The notes below the pieces were generated by a model. That model was not told the DNA's origin. It worked only from the letters and a program-made list of their open reading frames with translations, and searched no databases. From Candidatus Wukongarchaeum yapensis (GTDB taxonomy: Archaea; Asgardarchaeota; Wukongarchaeia; Wukongarchaeales; Wukongarchaeaceae), in assembly GCA_016840425.1 (NCBI GenBank), contig JAEOSI010000139.1, positions 1 to 6,193 of the forward strand: a stretch of 6,193 nt of DNA, in the 5' to 3' direction. Position numbers and translations under genes: made by a program. The first letter of the stretch is position 1, and each line of letters starts with the position of its first letter. Shown here one piece after another: positions 1-3,895 of the stretch.

Positions 1-45
1 TTCAATCAATAAAATTATAACATATTTCATATTTTGATAGGGATT

Positions 46-489
46 TTAAGCCCATTCTTTTAGCCAAGAACAGTTATGTTTTTCTAAAGTGAGATGCTCT
101 TTACAAAATTTCCGACCGCAATAGTTACAAAAACGGACAAGCCCTGTCCTTCTACAAACCTCACAAGTACCGATTTGGCCGATGTCTTCTTCAGGCGGTA
201 TTTTTAGCACTATTTTTGGCTTAGTTTCCTCTACAACCCTTCTACTTGCCATGGATTCTCTGAATACTGGGCCCGTTTCTCGATAATATCTTCTAACAGG
301 CTCACGTTCTACAAGTTCGAAGCGTCTTATTAAGAGTACAGCAACTAAAGTAAAAAGGCCAAGAAAAAGGGTGGCAAAATCTCTATCAATAATATCTTTC
401 TCTGTCATATAAGCTAGCAAAACAAGCCCACTCACATAAAGCAGAGACAAAGCCAAGGTAATAATCCTGAAATCTCTTTTAAAAGCCAT
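46..489 (-). CDS. Small membrane protein with two N-terminal TM helices and a C-terminal AN1-type zinc finger
   Basis: ATG at 489-487, TAA at 48-46. Hydrophobic stretches at about aa 9-27 (IITLALSLLYVSGLVLLAY) and aa 38-54 (FATLFLGLFTLVAVLLI). The C-terminal CEVC-x8-CNYC-x4-C-x2-H-x5-H-x-C (aa 109-140, nt 165-70) matches AN1 zinc-finger spacing. Confidence 0.88.
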   Translation of the reverse strand: MAFKRDFRIITLALSLLYVSGLVLLAYMTEKDIIDRDFATLFLGLFTLVAVLLIRRFELVEREPVRRYYRETGPVFRESMASRRVVEETKPKIVLKIPPEEDIGQIGTCEVCRRTGLVRFCNYCGRKFCKEHLTLEKHNCSWLKEWA

Positions 490-508
490 TATTATCCCGC
501 TATTTCGT

Positions 509-533
509 ATTTTAAAAACTTAAGTTTTAAAAT
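509..533. promoter_or_regulatory. Palindrome just upstream of the AN1-protein gene (candidate operator or promoter core)
   Basis: Perfect 14-bp palindrome AAAACTTAAGTTTT (515-528), extended by ATTTT/AAAAT with one bulged A. It lies 20-44 nt upstream of the minus-strand ATG at 489. Confidence 0.4.
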
Positions 534-705
534 TTGGTTATAACTTAATCTACCCAATCCTTTTCATAATCATGTTTTTCCTCTTATTTTAAATATTTTT
601 TATATTGTTTAATAGCTAAATATGCTTATAAAATTTTAACATAAATGTATAAGTTTAAGTAGTAATGGAGAAGAAAATACCTTATTTATATTTTTAATTG
701 TTAGA

Positions 706-742
706 AAAATCGCAAAAGATTATTTAAGGATTTCGCGATTTT
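706..742. promoter_or_regulatory. Putative symmetric (bidirectional) archaeal core promoter: inverted BRE-like arms around one TATA-like core
   Basis: The + strand reads CGCAAAAG-ATTATTTAAG and the - strand reads CGCGAAAT-CCTTAAATAA. Arms AAAATCGCAAAA (706-717) and TTTCGCGATTTT (731-742) are inverted repeats at 11/12 positions with a 13-nt spacer. Confidence 0.5.
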
Positions 743-847
743 CTCAATATTCATCAAAAAATTTAAATAAAGAGGTGTTCTCCATAATTATGGGAATGCC
801 ACCTTTAAGGTGGAAAATACCAAACGCCAAGCCGCCAGCCGACCCCA

Positions 848-880
848 AAAAAGGATTGATCGAAAAGATCGATCCTTTTT
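848..880 (+). repeat. 14-bp inverted repeat / stem-loop with GAAAA loop
   Basis: AAAAAGGATTGATC-GAAAA-GATCGATCCTTTTT gives 13 Watson-Crick pairs and one T-G wobble on the + strand. Confidence 0.85.
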
Positions 881-943
881 CCCAATTTCCTTGTTTTGTT
901 TGTCGGTTAGGCCTGTCGGGGGACTTCCTTCTAGGTTTTGGTT

Positions 944-969
944 GGGGGCCTTTGGGGAGGGGAAGGGGG
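944..969 (+). other. Putative G-quadruplex-forming sequence
   Basis: GGGGG-CCTTT-GGGG-A-GGGG-AA-GGGGG has four tracts of at least 4 G with loops of 5, 1 and 2 nt. A further G5 lies at 918-922. Confidence 0.6.
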
Positions 970-982
970 CTAGGCTCCCTCC

Positions 983-1024
983 AAATGCCTCTAACCTCTC
1001 TTAAAATGCCTCTAACCTTTCTCA
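983..1024 (+). repeat. 21-bp tandem direct repeat, two copies
   Basis: AAATGCCTCTAACCTCTCTTA (983-1003) and AAATGCCTCTAACCTTTCTCA (1004-1024) are 19/21 identical, with the first 15 nt exact. Confidence 0.9.
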
Positions 1025-1255
1025 AAACTTTGATTTATGGTGGTTTTTATGTTTTTAAAGGTTTATCTTTCTTTTAATGTTTTTATGCAGTAGTTTGCTT
1101 TCTAAATATTTTGTTTTTTTGTTTATGATGTTAGTTTTATTTTTTCATTTTCTCCCTTTTGATTTTTTAAAGATGAGTGTTTTTTATTAATCGTCTGATC
1201 TTTAATAATTAGTTTTTTATATTTTTTTTAGGTGGTTTTTTTGAGCGTGGAGTAG

Positions 1256-3634
1256 GTGGCTTTTATAGAACATCCGTTAATAAAACCTGAAAAGATAGAG
1301 GTTAGACGGTTTCAAGAAACTATTTTCGCAAGAGCTGTTAAGGGTAATACGCTTGTTGTGCTTCCAACGGGTTTGGGTAAGACTTTTATTTTAGTCCTTG
1401 TGGCAGCTCTTCGGTTGCAACTTTATGGAGATGGGTTTGTTTTAATTTTGGCCCCTACTCGGCCTCTTGTGTTACAGCACAGTTCTACTTTTCGTGATGT
1501 TTTAGCTTTAGATGAGGGTAAAATTGTTGCTGTTTCTGGGCAAGAGCGTCCTGCATCTCGGAGTAAGATCTATTCGGATGCTAAGGTTGTTATCGCTACG
1601 CCTCAAACGGTTCAGAACGATATTATTAGTGGAAATTTAAGACTTGAAAATTGTGTTTTGTTGGGTGTTGATGAGGCTCATCGAGCAGTAGGAGATTATG
1701 CTTATGTGTTTATAGCGGAAAGATATGTTAACATTAGCAAAAATCCTCTTATTTTTGGGATTACCGCTTCTCCTGGCTCTGAAGAGGAGAAGATTCGTGA
1801 AGTTTGTAATAATTTGTTTATTGAGCAGATAGAGGTTAGAAGTGAACAGGACGCTGATGTAAAGCCTTATGTTCAAAGGATTGATACTGAATGGGTGCGT
1901 GTTGAACTACCGCCTAAATTTAAGCGTATTTTAGAGTTATTAGAAACCGCTTTAAAGCGCCGTTATAAGGAATTAAAGTCGGGAGGATTTTTGAACAGCG
2001 CTAACGTAAAAGAAGTAAAACTCAGCGATCTTTTAAAACTTCAAGGAAAAATCGGGAGCGAAATTTCCCAAACCATTGATTTTAACTCAAAAAAAGAACT
2101 TTTTAACGCTATTTCACTAGAGGCAAATTGTGTCCGTTTACTTAGAGCTCATGAAACCGTTCAAACCCAAGGCATTACACCCTTTTTACGGTATATGAAT
2201 GGTTTGCTAAAGCAGTCAAGGAAAAAGGGTTCTTCACGGGGTTTAAAACAGCTTGTAAATGAACATGAAGTCAAGGAAGCCGTATTTCTTGCAGGAGAAC
2301 TTGAAAAAGAAAAAGTTCTACACCCAAAAGTGAACAAGGTTATAGAAATAGTGAAAAAAACCCTTAAGAGTTCTTCTACCTCCCGGGTTCTGATTTTTTG
2401 CCAACTTCGTTCAACCGTTTCCGTTATCGAGAAAATCTTGATTGAAGAAGAAGTTTCTGCAAGCCGATTCCTAGGACAAGCTAAGAGGGAAAATGAGAAA
2501 GGACTTACCCAAAAGGAGCAAAAAGAGATTTTGGAGAATTTTAAACAAGGAAAAATTAGCGCCCTTGTAGCTACAAGCGTTGCTGAAGAAGGACTTGATA
2601 TACCCCAATGCGACCTCGTTATAATGTATGACAGTGTTCCCAGCGCCATACGCGCTATCCAACGACGCGGTAGAACTGGAAGAGTTCAGGCAGGCAAGGT
2701 GATAATCCTTATCGCAAAAGACACAAGAGACGAAGCATATTATTGGGTTAGCAAACGTAGAGAAGCGAAAATGAACGCCATTCTAAAAACCCTTCAAAAA
2801 ATGAACAAAGAACTTGCCGAAAAGAAACAAAAATCTTTAGAAGAATTCCTTGAAAAAGAAGAAGAGAAACCAGTAAAAATAATGGAATCAGTTTCAAGCA
2901 AAGAAACAGAAAAACTTCCAGAACAATTAGGACATATTACAAATAATCAAAAAGCAGAAGAAAAAGAAAAAGTAGAAGAGGGGGAGAAGGAGGTAGGGGT
3001 TATCATTGACACTCAAGAACTCTCTTCTACAGTGGCCAAAGCTTTAGCCCGTTTAGATTTAAAAATTCAAGTAAAACGCTTGAGTGTAGGAGATTATGTT
3101 GTTTCTGACCGTGTCGCCATCGAAAGAAAAGAAGTAGGAGATTTTTTAAACTCTATAACCGATGGTAGGTTATTCCAGCAAATAATTGACCTAAAAAATA
3201 GCTTTTCAAAACCCATTCTTCTCCTTGAAGGCGAAGAACTTTATTCTAAAAAAGCCATAAATCCCCAAGCAATATATGGTGCAATAGCAAGCATTGCAAT
3301 AGACTTTGGAATTCCCATACTTTGGTCAAAGAGTGGAGAAGAATCAGCCCTTATAATTAGTACCATAGCAAGAAGAGAGCAGCTGGAGAAGGAAAGAACT
3401 ATTATTATGAGGCATGAAAAACCTGCTGTCGATGAGGATGAAAAGCAAAAATTTTTGGTTGCTGGTTTGCCGAACATTGATTCCGTCCTTGCTACAAGAC
3501 TTTTAGAAACGTTTGGAACCCCCCTCGATGTATTCAATGCAGATGAGGAAATGCTCCAAAAGGCGAGAGGTATTGGACCGAAAACAGCAAAAATAATAAG
3601 AAAAATACTTACAAGAAAATTTGCTGAAAAATAA
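1256..3634 (+). CDS. hef: Hef (FANCM/Mph1-like) DEAH-box SF2 helicase fused to ERCC4/XPF endonuclease and HhH2 domain
   Basis: GTG start preceded by GGAG (1249-1252). Walker A LPTGLGKT, motif Ia APTRPLV, motif II DEAH, motif III TAS, motif V ATSVAEEGLDI and motif VI QRRGRTGR are present. A charged low-complexity linker is followed by the ERCC4 core GDY...ERK-x3-D (GDYVVSDRVAIERKEVGD) and a C-terminal tandem HhH (GLPNID...GIGPKTA). The N-terminus FIEHPLIKPEKIEVRRFQ is typical of archaeal Hef. Confidence 0.95.
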   Translation: MAFIEHPLIKPEKIEVRRFQETIFARAVKGNTLVVLPTGLGKTFILVLVAALRLQLYGDGFVLILAPTRPLVLQHSSTFRDVLALDEGKIVAVSGQERPASRSKIYSDAKVVIATPQTVQNDIISGNLRLENCVLLGVDEAHRAVGDYAYVFIAERYVNISKNPLIFGITASPGSEEEKIREVCNNLFIEQIEVRSEQDADVKPYVQRIDTEWVRVELPPKFKRILELLETALKRRYKELKSGGFLNSANVKEVKLSDLLKLQGKIGSEISQTIDFNSKKELFNAISLEANCVRLLRAHETVQTQGITPFLRYMNGLLKQSRKKGSSRGLKQLVNEHEVKEAVFLAGELEKEKVLHPKVNKVIEIVKKTLKSSSTSRVLIFCQLRSTVSVIEKILIEEEVSASRFLGQAKRENEKGLTQKEQKEILENFKQGKISALVATSVAEEGLDIPQCDLVIMYDSVPSAIRAIQRRGRTGRVQAGKVIILIAKDTRDEAYYWVSKRREAKMNAILKTLQKMNKELAEKKQKSLEEFLEKEEEKPVKIMESVSSKETEKLPEQLGHITNNQKAEEKEKVEEGEKEVGVIIDTQELSSTVAKALARLDLKIQVKRLSVGDYVVSDRVAIERKEVGDFLNSITDGRLFQQIIDLKNSFSKPILLLEGEELYSKKAINPQAIYGAIASIAIDFGIPILWSKSGEESALIISTIARREQLEKERTIIMRHEKPAVDEDEKQKFLVAGLPNIDSVLATRLLETFGTPLDVFNADEEMLQKARGIGPKTAKIIRKILTRKFAEK

Positions 3635-3666
3635 GCTAAAAAAGCGAATTGAGGGTTATCAAGACC

Positions 3667-3703
3667 GTTTTTTATCATAGCTACTTTAAACAATGGTTTT
3701 TTA
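3667..3703 (+). terminator. T-tracts after hef (possible terminator)
   Basis: Two GTTTTTTAT elements lie about 35-70 nt after the hef stop. Confidence 0.25.
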
Positions 3704-3784
3704 TGAAACTGATTGGAAAAAAATTGTTTTTAATCTAAAATTACTCTCTGTGGTATTTTTAAAAGATGATACTTGGATAATTCT

Positions 3785-3830
3785 TAAATAAATATATAAG
3801 CCTTTAAATAAAATATAAATAAAATATAAG
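3785..3830 (+). repeat. AT-rich 11-bp direct repeats upstream of nrdD
   Basis: TAAATAAAATA occurs at 3805-3815 and 3816-3826, with a variant TAAATAAATAT at 3785-3795. Both blocks end in ATATAAG. Confidence 0.55.
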
Positions 3831-3895
3831 TTCTTTATAAAAAAGATAAAAAAAGCATTTTGCCCAAGAATTTATTAATAAGGAAGTTGGATATT

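Larger units (their letters stand above)
771..989 (+). other. GC-rich structured intergenic island (candidate ncRNA, cis-regulatory leader or DNA element; family not identified)
   Basis: About 49% GC (117/240 over 781-1020) against about 19% (541-720) and 23% (1081-1200) in the flanks. It contains several hairpins (771-806 or 799-813; 848-880; 964-980) and a G-tract cluster. Confidence 0.4.

Noticed and set aside
795-820. Archaeal ORB (origin recognition box) at GGTGGAAAAT
   Set aside because: Only a partial match, with no adjacent G-string, no repeated copies and no cdc6/orc1 gene in the window.
915-972. RNase P RNA-like fragments (AAGGAAGTCCCCC on the - strand; GAAGGGGGCTA on the + strand)
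   Set aside because: The two P4-like halves are on opposite strands and the other conserved regions are absent.
771-989. SRP RNA, tRNA or group II intron identity for the island
   Set aside because: By eye there is no helix-8 motif with a GNRA loop and AGCAA, no cloverleaf or TTCGA T-loop, and no domain V. This needs cmscan confirmation.
983-1024. CRISPR array
   Set aside because: Only two directly abutting units, with no spacers and no cas genes.
744-1025. 93-aa - strand ORF and 64-aa + strand ORF (810-1004)
   Set aside because: Low-complexity Pro/Arg/Gly-rich translations with no motif, overlapping the structured element. Probably spurious.
775-1077. 100-aa + strand ORF across the GC island (with GAGGTG, ATG 790, a CFVC motif and an in-frame MPLTSLK/MPLTFLK repeat)
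   Set aside because: No recognisable domain. The SD-to-ATG spacing is 12 nt, there is only one CxxC, and the tail simply translates the G-runs and T-tract. Three overlapping ORFs here are better explained by the locally high GC. It is not fully excluded; ribosome profiling or proteomics would settle it.
1125-1198. Possible C/D box sRNA (ATGATGT ... CTGA)
   Set aside because: Box C is imperfect, no D'/C' pair is visible, and the intervening sequence is low-complexity poly-T.
1637-3693. Antisense ORFs 1637-1876, 2161-2649, 2471-2662 and 3241-3693
   Set aside because: They are shadows of the well-supported hef gene and have no independent motifs.
3860-3895. TTG start for nrdD as given in the ORF track
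   Set aside because: ATG 3896 has an upstream purine-rich site, and the extra 12 codons lie in AT-rich promoter-like DNA. TTG is not strictly excluded.
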